A stretch of 64,000 nucleotides of DNA from Lytechinus pictus (taxonomy: Eukaryota). The notes below the pieces were generated by a model. The model did not search any database. It worked only from the letters and a program-made list of their open reading frames with translations, and was not told the origin of the DNA. The position numbers and the translations under genes are program-made. The DNA is taken from positions 1 to 64,000 of the forward strand of contig NC_087246.1 in NCBI RefSeq assembly GCF_037042905.1, given 5' to 3'. Position 1 is the stretch's first letter, and each line of letters opens with the position of its first letter. This document shows positions 1-13,850 of the stretch, one piece after another.

Positions 1-3000
1 CCTAACCCTAACCCTAACCTAAACCCTAACCCTAACCCTAACCCTAACCCTAACCCTAACCCTAACCCTAACCCTAACCCTAACCCTAACCCTAACCCTA
101 ACCCTAACCCTAACCCTAACCCTAACCCTAACCCTAACCCTAACCCTAACCCTAACCCTAACCCTAACCCTAACCCTAACCCTAACCCTAACCCTAACCC
201 TAACCCTAACCCTAACCCTAACCCTAACCCTAACCCTAACCCTAACCCTAACCCTAACCCTAACCCTAACCCTAACCCTAACCCTAACCCTAACCCTAAC
301 CCTAACCCTAACCCTAACCCTAACCCTAACCCTAACCCTAACCCTAACCCTAACCCTAACCCTAACCCTAACCCTAACCCTAACCCTAACCCTAACCTAA
401 CCCTAACCCTAACCCTAACCCTAACCCTAACCCTAACCCTAACCCTAACCCTAACCTAACCCTAACCCTAACCCTAACCCTAACCCTAACCCTAACCCTA
501 ACCCTAACCCTAACCCTAACCCTAACCCTAACCCTAACCCTAACCTAACCCTAACCCTAACCCTAACCCTAACCCTAACCCTAACCCTAACCCTAACCCT
601 AACCCTAACCCTAACCCTAACCCTAACCCTAACCCTAACCCTAAACCCTACCTCCTAACCCTAACCCTAACCCTAACCCTAACCCTAACCCTAACCCTAA
701 CCCTAACCCTAACCCTAACCCTAACCCTAACCCCACAAACCTAACCCTAACCCTAACCCTAACCCTACACCCACCTAACCCTAACCCTAACCCTAACCCT
801 AACCCTAACCCTAACCCTAACCCTAACCCTAACCCTAACCCTAACCCTAACCCTAACCCTAACCCTAACCCTAACCCTAACCCTAACCCTAACCCTAACC
901 CTAACCCTAACCCTAACCCTAACCCTAACCCTAACCCTAACCCTAACCCTAACCCTAACCCTAACCCTAACCCTAACCCTAACCCTAACCCTAACCCTAA
1001 CCCTAACCCTAACCCTAACCCTAACCCTAACCCTAACCCTAACCCTAACCCTAACCCTAACCCTAACCCTAACCCTAACCCTAACCCTAACCCTAACCCT
1101 AACCCTAACCCTAACCCTAACCCTAACCCTAACCCTAACCCTAACCCTAACCCTAACCCTAACCCTAACCCTAACCCTAACCCTAACCCTAACCCTAACC
1201 CTAACCCTAACCCTAACCCTAACCCTAACCCTAACCCTAACCCTAACCCTAACCCTAACCCTAACCCTAACCCTAACCCTAACCCTAACCCTAACCCTAA
1301 CCCTAACCCTAACCCTAACCCTAACCCTAACCCTAACCCTAACCCTAACCCTAACCCTAACCCTAACCCTAACCCTAACCCTAACCCTAACCCTAACCCT
1401 AACCCTAACCCTAACCCTAACCCTAACCCTAACCCTAACCCTAACCCTAACCCTAACCCTAACCCTAACCCTAACCCTAACCCTAACCCTAACCCTAACC
1501 CTAACCCTAACCCTAACCCTAACCCTAACCCTAACCCTAACCCTAACCCTAACCCTAACCCTAACCCTAACCCTAACCCTAACCCTAACCCTAACCCTAA
1601 CCCTAACCCTAACCCTAACCCTAACCCTAACCCTAACCCTAACCCTAACCCTAACCCTAACCCTAACCCTAACCCTAACCCTAACCCTAACCCTAACCCT
1701 AACCCTAACCCTAACCCTAACCCTAACCCTAACCCTAACCCTAACCCTAACCCTAACCCTAACCCTAACCCTAACCCTAACCCTAACCCTAACCCTAACC
1801 CTAACCCTAACCCTAACCCTAACCCTAACCCTAACCCTAACCCTAACCCTAACCCTAACCCTAACCCTAACCCTAACCCTAACCCTAACCCTAACCCTAA
1901 CCCTAACCCTAACCCTAACCCTAACCCTAACCCTAACCCTAACCCTAACCCTAACCCTAACCCTAACCCTAACCCTAACCCTAACCCTAACCCTAACCCT
2001 AACCCTAACCCTAACCCTAACCCTAACCCTAACCCTAACCCTAACCCTAACCCTAACCCTAACCCTAACCCTAACCCTAACCCTAACCCTAACCCTAACC
2101 CTAACCCTAACCCTAACCCTAACCCTAACCCTAACCCTAACCCTAACCCTAACCCTAACCCTAACCCTAACCCTAACCCTAACCCTAACCCTAACCCTAA
2201 CCCTAACCCTAACCCTAACCCTAACCCTAACCCTAACCCTAACCCTAACCCTAACCCTAACCCTAACCCTAACCCTAACCCTAACCCTAACCCTAACCCT
2301 AACCCTAACCCTAACCCTAACCCTAACCCTAACCCTAACCCTAACCCTAACCCTAACCCTAACCCTAACCCTAACCCTAACCCTAACCCTAACCCTAACC
2401 CTAACCCTAACCCTAACCTAACCCTAACCCTAACCCTAACCCTAACCCTAACCCTAACCCTAACCCTAACCCTAACCCTAACCCTAACCCTAACCCTAAC
2501 CCTAACCCTAACCCTAACCCTAACCCTAACCCTAACCCTAACCCTAACCCTAACCCTAACCCTAACCCTAACCCTAACCCTAACCCTAACCCTAACCCTA
2601 ACCCTAACCCTAACCTAACCCTAACCCTAACCCTAACCCTAACCCTAACCCTAACCCTAACCCTAACCCTAACCCTAACCCTAACCCTAACCCTAACCCT
2701 AACCCTAACCCTAACCCTAACCCTAACCCTAACCCTAACCCTAACCCTAACCCTAACCCTAACCCTAACCCTAACCCTAACCCTAACCCTAACCCTAACC
2801 CTAACCCTAACCCTAACCCTAACCCTAACCCTAACCCTAACCCTAACCCTAACCCTAACCCTAACCCTAACCCTAACCCTAACCCTAACCCTAACCCTAA
2901 CCCTAACCCTAACCCTAACCCTAACCCTAACCCTAACCCTAACCCTAACCCTAACCCTAACCCTAACCCTAACCCTAACCCTAACCCTAACCCTAACCCT

Positions 3001-6000
3001 AACCCTAACCCTAACCCTAACCCTAACCCTAACCCTAACCCTAACCCTAACCCTAACCCTAACCCTAACCCTAACCCTAACCCTAACCCTAACCCTAACC
3101 CTAACCCTAACCCTAACCCTAACCCTAACCCTAACCCTAACCCTAACCCTAACCCTAACCCTAACCCTAACCCTAACCCTAACCCTAACCCTAACCCTAA
3201 CCCTAACCCTAACCCTAACCCTAACCCTAACCCTAACCCTAACCCTAACCCTAACCCTAACCCTAACCCTAACCCTAACCCTAACCCTAACCCTAACCCT
3301 AACCCTAACCCTAACCCTAACCCTAACCCTAACCCTAACCCTAACCCTAACCCTAACCCTAACCCTAACCCTAACCCTAACCCTAACCCTAACCCTAACC
3401 CTAACCCTAACCCTAACCCTAACCCTAACCCTAACCCTAACCCTAACCCTAACCCTAACCCTAACCCTAACCCTAACCCTAACCCTAACCCTAACCCTAA
3501 CCCTAACCCTAACCCTAACCCTAACCCTAACCCTAACCCTAACCCTAACCCTAACCCTAACCCTAACCCTAACCCTAACCCTAACCCTAACCCTAACCCT
3601 AACCCTAACCCTAACCCTAACCCTAACCCTAACCCTAACCCTAACCCTAACCCTAACCCTAACCCTAACCCTAACCCTAACCCTAACCCTAACCCTAACC
3701 CTAACCCTAACCCTAACCCTAACCCTAACCCTAACCCTAACCCTAACCCTAACCCTAACCCTAACCCTAACCCTAACCCTAACCCTAACCCTAACCCTAA
3801 CCCTAACCCTAACCCTAACCCTAACCCTAACCCTAACCCTAACCCTAACCCTAACCCTAACCCTAACCCTAACCCTAACCCTAACCCTAACCCTAACCCT
3901 AACCCTAACCCTAACCCTAACCCTAACCCTAACCCTAACCCTAACCCTAACCCTAACCCTAACCCTAACCCTAACCCTAACCCTAACCCTAACCCTAACC
4001 CTAACCCTAACCCTAACCCTAACCCTAACCCTAACCCTAACCCTAACCCTAACCCTAACCCTAACCCTAACCCTAACCCTAACCCTAACCCTAACCCTAA
4101 CCCTAACCCTAACCCTAACCCTAACCCTAACCCTAACCCTAACCCTAACCCTAACCCTAACCCTAACCCTAACCCTAACCCTAACCCTAACCCTAACCCT
4201 AACCCTAACCCTAACCCTAACCCTAACCCTAACCCTAACCCTAACCCTAACCCTAACCCTAACCCTAACCCTAACCCTAACCCTAACCCTAACCCTAACC
4301 CTAACCCTAACCCTAACCCTAACCCTAACCCTAACCCTAACCCTAACCCTAACCCTAACCCTAACCCTAACCCTAACCCTAACCCTAACCCTAACCCTAA
4401 CCCTAACCCTAACCCTAACCCTAACCCTAACCCTAACCCTAACCCTAACCCTAACCCTAACCCTAACCCTAACCCTAACCCTAACCCTAACCCTAACCCT
4501 AACCCTAACCCTAACCCTAACCCTAACCCTAACCCTAACCCTAACCCTAACCCTAACCCTAACCCTAACCCTAACCCTAACCCTAACCCTAACCCTAACC
4601 CTAACCCTAACCCTAACCCTAACCCTAACCCTAACCCTAACCCTAACCCTAACCCTAACCCTAACCCTAACCCTAACCCTAACCCTAACCCTAACCCTAA
4701 CCCTAACCCTAACCCTAACCCTAACCCTAACCCTAACCCTAACCCTAACCCTAACCCTAACCCTAACCCTAACCCTAACCCTAACCCTAACCCTAACCCT
4801 AACCCTAACCCTAACCCTAACCCTAACCCTAACCCTAACCCTAACCCTAACCCTAACCCTAACCCTAACCCTAACCCTAACCCTAACCCTAACCCTAACC
4901 CTAACCCTAACCCTAACCCTAACCCTAACCCTAACCCTAACCCTAACCCTAACCCTAACCCTAACCCTAACCCTAACCCTAACCCTAACCCTAACCCTAA
5001 CCCTAACCCTAACCCTAACCCTAACCCTAACCCTAACCCTAACCCTAACCCTAACCCTAACCCTAACCCTAACCCTAACCCTAACCCTAACCCTAACCCT
5101 AACCCTAACCCTAACCCTAACCCTAACCCTAACCCTAACCCTAACCCTAACCCTAACCCTAACCCTAACCCTAACCCTAACCCTAACCCTAACCCTAACC
5201 CTAACCCTAACCCTAACCCTAACCCTAACCCTAACCCTAACCCTAACCCTAACCCTAACCCTAACCCTAACCCTAACCCTAACCCTAACCCTAACCCTAA
5301 CCCTAACCCTAACCCTAACCCTAACCCTAACCCTAACCCTAACCCTAACCCTAACCCTAACCCTAACCCTAACCCTAACCCTAACCCTAACCCTAACCCT
5401 AACCCTAACCCTAACCCTAACCCTAACCCTAACCCTAACCCTAACCCTAACCCTAACCCTAACCCTAACCCTAACCCTAACCCTAACCCTAACCCTAACC
5501 CTAACCCTAACCCTAACCCTAACCCTAACCCTAACCCTAACCCTAACCCTAACCCTAACCCTAACCCTAACCCTAACCCTAACCCTAACCCTAACCCTAA
5601 CCCTAACCCTAACCCTAACCCTAACCCTAACCCTAACCCTAACCCTAACCCTAACCCTAACCCTAACCCTAACCCTAACCCTAACCCTAACCCTAACCCT
5701 AACCCTAACCCTAACCCTAACCCTAACCCTAACCCTAACCCTAACCCTAACCCTAACCCTAACCCTAACCCTAACCCTAACCCTAACCCTAACCCTAACC
5801 CTAACCCTAACCCTAACCCTAACCCTAACCCTAACCCTAACCCTAACCCTAACCCTAACCCTAACCCTAACCCTAACCCTAACCCTAACCCTAACCCTAA
5901 CCCTAACCCTAACCCTAACCCTAACCCTAACCCTAACCCTAACCCTAACCCTAACCCTAACCCTAACCCTAACCCTAACCCTAACCCTAACCCTAACCCT

Positions 6001-6454
6001 AACCCTAACCCTAACCCTAACCCTAACCCTAACCCTAACCCTAACCCTAACCCTAACCCTAACCCTAACCCTAACCCTAACCCTAACCCTAACCCTAACC
6101 CTAACCCTAACCCTAACCCTAACCCTAACCCTAACCCTAACCCTAACCCTAACCCTAACCCTAACCCTAACCCTAACCCTAACCCTAACCCTAACCCTAA
6201 CCCTAACCCTAACCCTAACCCTAACCCTAACCCTAACCCTAACCCTAACCCTAACCCTAACCCTAACCCTAACCCTAACCCTAACCCTAACCCCTAACCC
6301 TAACCCTAACCCTAACCCCTAACCCTAACCCTAACCCTAACCCTAACCCTAACCCCTTAACCCTAAACCCTAAACCCTAAACCCTAACCCTAACCCTAAC
6401 CCTAACCCTAACCCTAACCCCTAACCCTAACCCTAACCCTAACCCTAAACCCTA

Positions 6455-6485
<31 letters not shown>
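1..6485. repeat. Telomeric array (CCCTAA)n, i.e. (TTAGGG)n on the minus strand; chromosome left end
   Basis: Uninterrupted CCCTAA hexamers from base 1 with the C-rich strand 5'->3', as expected at a left end; variant units at 6290-6485. Confidence 0.99.
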
Positions 6486-6487
6486 CT

Positions 6488-6650
6488 ATGTTAGATGGAT
6501 AGATAGATAGACAGATAGATAGGTAGATAGAGAATGAGAGAGACAGAGTAGATAGACAAATTAACAGATAGATATATCATGTAGTACCATAAATTGATTT
6601 ATAACATAGATAGTGGATAGACAGATATGATAGATATAAGGATAGATATA
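6488..6650. repeat. Degenerate (GATA/GACA)n microsatellite abutting the telomere
   Basis: agatagatag acagatagat aggtagatag... immediately after the last accct. Confidence 0.85.
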
Positions 6651-7112
6651 ATATGAAAAAAAGTAATTATGTGTTTTATTTTTCAATATTTTAGCTATTG
6701 TTCGTATAAACGATCATGTGCGATAAAGTAAAAAAAATCATGAAGCCAACGTATATAGTTCAGCGGAACAACCAAAATACAGAGACTGAAGCTTTTGGTC
6801 TATAAGCTCAGCTGCATTTGCACGTAAGTTCTGCGGATATCTTCGGTCCGGACTTTTGGATCGCGCCCAGCTGATTATGTAAACAAACGTAGACGTAGAC
6901 TCTTTACTAGTCGCTTTGTGGCTATTTTTCCGGAAAATGCCTTCGCCAGGGTGTAAAACGGAAACACGCGGTCCGTTCCAAGGACCCCCGTTTTCACAAA
7001 CATTTGTAGTTCCGAAGCCCGTTCCGAGGACCCTCCTTTTTACAATAAGCCCGCTTCAATAAGGCCCCCGTTTTTTGTCTCGCACTTTTTTGGTCGAGTG
7101 CCCCCCCCCGGG

Positions 7113-7475
7113 GCAAGATTTGCCTTTCTGGAATCCAAATTGTAACTGGTCTGGGACATCATTTATTGCAAGTGGAATTTTTAGTTGAGATTTGATGAGC
7201 ATTTCCAAAACTTTACCAATTGTTGAAAAAACAGTTATGCCTCGCCTCAGTAGTTTGAAGGATCTTTTACATCTTTTCCCTTTCCTTTGTGAACTTGGAC
7301 TATAAGGCCGGACCTTAAAGGTTCAGGAATATACTTTAGGGATATACATCGATTGAAGAGGGCTAGAAGTAATTTCCGAGCTATTGGGCCAAGATATATA
7401 AGATGCTCAGGAGAAATATTATCAGGTCCTGCAGCTTTTTGTTTCTTGAGAGATCGAGTTAATAGCTTTATCTAG
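7113..7475 (-). mobile_element. Degenerate non-LTR retrotransposon reverse transcriptase fragment (N-terminal RT subdomains); not in the ORF track
   Basis: Manual minus-strand translation: LKKQKAAGPDNISPEHLIYLGPIARKLLLALFNRCISLKYIPEPLRSGLIVQVHKGKGKDVKDPSNY*GITVFSTIGKVLEMLIKSQL...DQLQFGFQKGKSC, with a stop at NYR and a small frameshifting duplication; KAxGPD, NYRxI and QFGF are LINE RT motifs. Confidence 0.85.
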
Positions 7476-7881
7476 ATCGATCTTTTGAAGTAGAGGGTTG
7501 AAGTGGTTGATTCAAATTGTCCCCCTGGTTCAGACGTGGCCGATCGCCCTCTCGTGGTAGAAATTGAAGGGGGCGGGGTCACTGACTCCCACTGAGCCGC
7601 GCTAGCGCTGTGTACTGTACTGCATGTATAGCGTATATAGCACGGACATATGTTGATCGTCGACACAGTTCAGTTACAGGTACTCACTCAGCTCAGCCAA
7701 GAATAAATCCGATTTTCGAAGCGATTAATAAAAATTTCAACAAAGATAACAGGGAACTGATATTACGCTATGTCATACAGGTAAATATAATTTCTAAAGA
7801 TCTTAAAGGTAGTATTTAGTCAGGAATAACCGAATATTTGGGCCTCAAAGCTTCGGTCTATTAGTATTACTTAGTTACACA

Positions 7882-8347
7882 CACTCATTCAATGAACAAG
7901 GTTATGATATAACCTTGTTCTCAGTTATATCTCCATGTGTGGCAAAATAAGGGTGGCAATGTTTGGCTTATTTTTTCTTTTTCTTTGGGACAAATGCTTG
8001 ATTATTTTACACTGATTTACACTGACAGTTTCCATTACACCTATTCGTCATACAACTTGGCCCTTACGTAAATTTGATTCTTTAAATTATTTTTTTCTTA
8101 ATTAAATATAGAGATAAAAAATGATAATTTTCTTGCCATATTACTTTCCACCAATAGAGGGCGTACACAAAAAATGCAAAAAATTCAAGTTTTTGAGCGC
8201 TCTAGTGAATACAAAAATTATTCCCAAGTTACTAATGAAAAATGAATTGCAACTGTATGGAAATTCGTAATTTTGGTCACAAAAGTGATATTTTAATGAT
8301 TTTTTAAAGTGTGTGCTCTGTACAGCATTGGCATGCCATAATCATAG
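7882..8347 (+). repeat. Dispersed repeat, uninterrupted copy of the sequence at 20412-22970
   Basis: Colinear match from cactcattcaa...gataaccttgttctcag to ...tacagcattggcat; lacks both insertions seen in the second copy. Confidence 0.85.
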
Positions 8348-8592
8348 TAGAGTTACCAAAAGGTCGGCCGATCCACTGAGCAAAATTGCTATGGGCAAAT
8401 GAAAAGCCAATTGCAAGTGCGTAAACAGTGTGCATTGCCACCATCGTCTGTTCTCGACGGCAAAAATGAGCATTGAAATGCTTTTCCTCAGCAAATTAGT
8501 TCATCTTAGTGAAAAAAATTAGGCCCTGTGTATTCTACATTTAAATTAACTTATGTGGGATGAAGTGTCTTACCTTCATGTGGTATCGAAAG

Positions 8593-11500
8593 TAACCCTG
8601 TAACCGATTCTCGGATCGGCGGCCGATCTCGATCTAATCACTGCTGATCGGTCGTTTCATGCCGATCGCCGATCATAGCAAATGTATCGTCATGATCGGT
8701 TGCGAAATTCCCCGCACCGCGCCGGGCCAAAGTTGGCTGCGCTAGCCGGCCATTGTTGCTGTGCGCTAGCTGTGCTAGCTCTTGGTCGACTGCTGCAACG
8801 CAAGCCGATATGACTGCAACAGAGAAATGGTTGTTTTGATGTCCTTAGATGTCCTTAACTGAGGTCATCAATTGCTCCGGGGTTACCACAAATAGAGATT
8901 AAAAAAAATACCTGTTGCCATGCAGAAAACCGCGGATTAATTGGAGTCGCGTGCCCCAAATCATTCCACATTCTTCTAAAAAAAAAAAAGATTTACAGTT
9001 CACTTTTTTTCTGCCCAGCTAGCGCCAGTTGGCTGGCTACGCTCGTAAATTACTTCCACCACCGTGCACAAGAATGTTATCGCGACCTCCAAAGTCTGAG
9101 CCCATCATGTTCTCTGTTTTGTTTCACGTTCTCAAAATTTGTTATTTCACTTTCTGTAATATGATTTCAAAAAATAAAAGGAAACTTGGATGTGTTTTGA
9201 AAGCATGTTTATGTTTTAAATCAGTCTAAGAATATGAAAAGCATGTTTACATTTTCGTCTTTCCATTGTTGTGCATGCCATGGGTGTGATACTGTGATAT
9301 GAATACAGCGCTGAAGGATCGGAGGAAACACAAGACTAAAAAAAAAAAGACCACGTGTACGCATGCAACATCACATCGAGGTACTAGGCGGAGCTCCATG
9401 CTGGCCGTCCTGATATGATGACCTGGGAATTCAAAGATTCAGTGAGCTCGAGAGAGAGAGAGAGATGGGGGAGAGAGACTGACTACGGGTACCGTATGAG
9501 GGGGAGAGAGAACGGGGGGGGGGGGGGCTGAAAGGAATGAGAGTAACGGTTTATGTTACTTTGAAATAATGCCAGATCGTAGCAATAGGGGGTCCGGGGA
9601 CAGGGTAGTGATGTGCGTAGAACAATACATGCTGGAACTGAATTATTTTCGTGCGTCTTATAAGAAACGAAAATTACATGCTTTTTAATAGAGTATCAAT
9701 GTTGATCTGTTAGTATTTTGATTGAACTGGGCGACTATTAGTCGACATATAAAAGTGGGCTTATTCATTGCAATTTTTAGTCTCATAGGTCAAGTAGGGG
9801 ATTTTTTTCCCCCGACTAATACATAAACCTAGTATGAGTTTTCGAGTTAAACAATACTGCTGTAGGTATGAACATTATGTTGGTGACAATAATGGCGATG
9901 AAAAATATAAAAGTAAATGATAGGAAAGAAAAGTAGAAGGATCATGGCTGGTACACATCCCTGAATAATCATCTTTCGTAAGGGACGTACCAGATACCAG
10001 GGGGGGGGGGGGAAGCTGGAAGTTTGAGTTCATGCAATTTTTTTCCTTTCTTTGAGCATTTTTTCCCCATTGAGACAAGGTTTTTTTTTCACATTTGAGA
10101 TGATTTGTCAGTGGACCAAGTTTTCTTTTTAACTCTGATGTTGAGTCAATTTTTTGATGTTGCTCATTTAGCAAGTCAAGTTTTTTTCAAACTTCCAGCC
10201 CCCTCCCCTGGATATCTAATGGTGCACCCCTAACAAATATGAACACCCTTTCCTGCCCACATCTCCTTCATTGACAACTTTGACCCCAGGGACGAGACTT
10301 GTTTAATATTTTGGAAACATCCACTTGAGAAAATCCCCCTAATCGACTGGTGTGCATTACACTCCAGTGGTTTTGTAAACAACGCTCGTGATATAAAGGA
10401 GATCTTGTCAGATGATAAATCCAATCAGCATTGAGTGCCGTGAATGGAAATTAGAGGGAACGATTCTCATTGGTTAATTCCAAGCAAGGAGGGCAGGGCT
10501 TCGCCAAAATGTACGAGCTAGCTCCAACTTACGGTCCCGCATGTCAGAGGGTCAGAATGAAGAGTTTTTCCCCCTGATTTTTTTTCCATCATCCCACATT
10601 TTCACACAGAAACATCAACACACATGATCTGTTACCAAAGTTGGGAACAGAAGCAACCAATCTCCTCGCAAAGCGTGAAAACTCCAATGTCAATTTCGAT
10701 CTTTTACTTTCTCTTGCCTTTTATTTTTCGCTTGTGTTAATATAACTTTTAGGCCTGCATGGGAGTAAACATCGATTGATCGAATGGCGTGCCGCCAATC
10801 GCCAATCAATTAGCAAAATTTACACTAATCGAATGTTTGGCAGATCCCGATTATGACGTTGGGATAAATCGAATACCCAAGTAATAATAAAATGACAAGA
10901 AAACAATGATGACAGCGGTTTTTGAATACTTGATACAGGTTTAAAAATGATGTTACCAAGGTAATTTTTGAAAAAATTATCAATGATTGTATCACATTCA
11001 CAGTTACACACCAACACGAAAGAGCTCCGAAAATGTTAATCCCACCCGACCTGGCCCTCGATACACAAAATAAGTCATTGTCTGCATGCTCAAAACAGAA
11101 AGTAAACACACAATCAGTTCACTTGAGCTGATTGGACCTTCGGCTTCGATAGCCAATGAAACTTTTGGGGAAACAAAGAAGAGGCCACGTGGTTCCCTTA
11201 TCAGGAAAGGTTGTGACTTCAGAAATAAATTGACCCCTCCCCCATCTGTGTGTGAGGGAGAGAGAGAGAGAGAGAAAGATAGGGGGTGGGAGCCGGAGAA
11301 TTCCTTTCATGTTTAAAAACAATGCAACCTTTTTTATATCCCGCTCATACAATCAAAACGACATTCCATCACGCGCCGCCTTCACCAGTACTTTCTCGAT
11401 TAGTCTAAAAAATAGACCCAGTTATACATGTAGGTTCAAGTGATAAAAATTTGTAATTTTGAAAGGTATTTCAAATGAAATATTTTGCAAAATATTTTTT

Positions 11501-12801
11501 TGAAATACATGTGTAGCATCGTGGGGAATGCCACAAGTGGGGATGGGGACATGGTGTGGGCAAGGGATGATTTTTTTCAAGTGAAATGCTCCACCTGTGT
11601 GTCAGTCTCAAAGAATACTTCATGAATGAGTTGTTAAATACTAAGATGTCTTTGGGCTTTGGACTCGGCTGATCTGGGCTGATTCATTCATATGCAGGGG
11701 TGTGGCACTTGGAGGGATGCATGCATAATACCAGGGTACCAGCATTGATTTAGGAAAGATTTTCATTGGAATGATAAACTGAAAGATTTAATCTCATTTC
11801 ATGTAGTTTCTTTTGATATAAAAATCATGGAGAATGGGGGAAAGGGCCTACTTTCATTTATGATAAACATGTGACTTTGATGGGGATTTCTTCATGGGGG
11901 GTCACTATAAATATTGTGACTTAAAAGATGTGATTCCTGACGAACAGTCGAATCATTCAATTAATTTTTTCAGGAAATAATTGAATGGTAAAAATGACAA
12001 TCGTCCCAGGCCTAAAATTAACTTTCACCCTTTTTTTTTTTGGGGGGGGGGGCAAAGGGTGCTTTGAACGAAACAACTGCTCCAACACTCTGTTTCCCAA
12101 TTTTGCTGTTACTTCAACATTTAATCATTCCTATTTTCATGATCAATGCTTGTTGAAAAAAAGAGCAACAACAAAACAAACAACAAGAAACAATGACTTC
12201 ATACAAAAATTCCGTCAGGCCTAATCAAATTTTAAATACCCACAGATAAAAGTTGGCATCATTCCACGAGGTTTACTCTCTGCTCTCTTTTTTTCTTCCA
12301 TTACTCCCTCCGTCCCCTCTCCCCATCTCTCTCTCACACCTTCTCTCCAACTCTCTGTGCGGATCGGATCGGGAGTGTCTGCGTTGGCGTATTTATTAGA
12401 TGAGCTCCGATGCTCCCTCCCTCTCCCTCTCTCTAGTGGTCGGCCGGGCTTTGGCTTGTGATGACGAATTTACAACATTATATGGGCGCGCTGTGAGGGC
12501 GGGGGATCCATTCTAACGCTGGTAGTGATACCAACCAGCTGGGTCATGTCGGCGTAGAACAATCGTAAATCACTGCCTTGCTTGACAGTGAGACCCAGAC
12601 TTCCAGGGGATGAATAGATGTGTGAGTAGTGCTTGGCATGCATGGGGTCAGCTAAGGACAATATGGGTCTGTTTATTGTGCTTGATAAACAAATAGCAAA
12701 ATCCGATATTTACTGCCGATATTTTCGACCGATACCGATCATAGGGATAAGTATGTGCCCCCGATCATCCGATCCGATCAGAGCTCTTACTTACAGGGTT
12801 A
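8593..12801. mobile_element. Non-autonomous hAT-type DNA transposon, 4.2 kb
   Basis: 11-bp TIRs TAACCCTGTAA/TTACAGGGTTA; perfect 8-bp TSD ATCGAAAG (8585-8592, 12802-12809) fitting the hAT nTnnnnAn pattern; subterminal clusters of CCGAT/ATCGG; no transposase ORF seen. Confidence 0.85.
9982..10230. mobile_element. Diverged MITE, PIF/Harbinger-like, nested in the hAT element
   Basis: Imperfect TIRs gggacgtaccagataccagggg / cccctggatatctaatggtgcacccc, flanked by TAA. Confidence 0.5.
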
Positions 12802-13384
12802 ATCGAAAGTGACGTTTGGAGGTTAAATCCACGAGAAATCCACAGAGTTTGGTCGCGTGTATTCGCTATGGAGAAAAATGCGTGCGATCGCATGCGTTAT
12901 TGCAAGCTCGAGACGGCGCTGTTGAACTTGGTCTGGAAATTCATAAAAATAAACAAAAATCCTTTGAGTAGGCTCACAATAAAATCATAAAAAATATGCT
13001 TTATGACTAAAACGGTAGTTCTCTTGCCCACACATATCATACTTGTTGTTGCGTAAGAAATCCTTTTTTCATGATAAAAATATAGCAATAAATGTTTTAA
13101 AAATTATGTTTTCCACATGGAATATGTTTGAAACATCTATATTAGAAGAAAAATGTGTTTTTTTAATGAATTCAAACTAAAATGAAGTTTATACATGCTT
13201 GCACTTTTTCATACTACTCAAAAAACAAAATGGGCCGTCAATCAACGTTGGTTACCTCGGCAAGTAGGCGTGGTCTATCGTGAAGTTCGCTGGTGACGTA
13301 CCTTTCTCGCTAGACTTTACTCAGCCGCCGAATTTAATTCATTCTCCGCGCACGTGCAACTGCAACTTATTATCGTCACTGCAC

Positions 13385-13850
13385 TGCTGGTGTTTGCCGC
13401 ATTGAGGACAGATGAAACAATTCAGATAGAGTTGCGCGTGTACAATGAGTGAAACAGCGCGATCGTTTCATGATCGAATGAAACAGTGTGCCTGTCGAGA
13501 TAAAATTCATCTGCCATGTTATTTTCTATCGTGTTTTATGCAACTGCAATTGATTTGTTATATTATTTTCTTTGATATTTCCTGTATATGTATGTATGAA
13601 TTTTATTTGAAGTGAATGAATCATGCTGGTGTCCTTGCCATTGAGGCAGATGAAGATGAAACAACACTGGTAGAGATGTGCGTGTACAAGGAGTGAAACA
13701 GCGCGATTGTTTTATGATCGAATGAACAGTGTGCCTGTCGAGATAAAATTTATCTGTCATGTTATTTTCTATGATGTTTTATACAACTGCAATTAATTTT
13801 TTTTTCTGTGATATTTTCCTGTTTATGTATAAATTTTATTTGAAGTGAAT
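13385..13850 (+). repeat. Tandem duplication, 2 diverged copies of ~235 bp
   Basis: tgctggtgt...gagtgaaacagcgcgat...gtgcctgtcgagataaaatt...ttttatttgaagtgaat occurs at 13385-13617 and 13624-13850. Confidence 0.85.

Noticed and set aside
380..780. Irregular units in the distal telomere (cctaa, cccctaa, cacaaa, ctacac)
   Set aside because: Sporadic and concentrated at the low-coverage contig tip; most likely consensus or read errors rather than real variant repeats.
6776..7868. Weak inverted match gagactgaagcttt / aaagcttcggtcta as TIRs of a subtelomeric element
   Set aside because: Short, diverged and without a convincing TSD.
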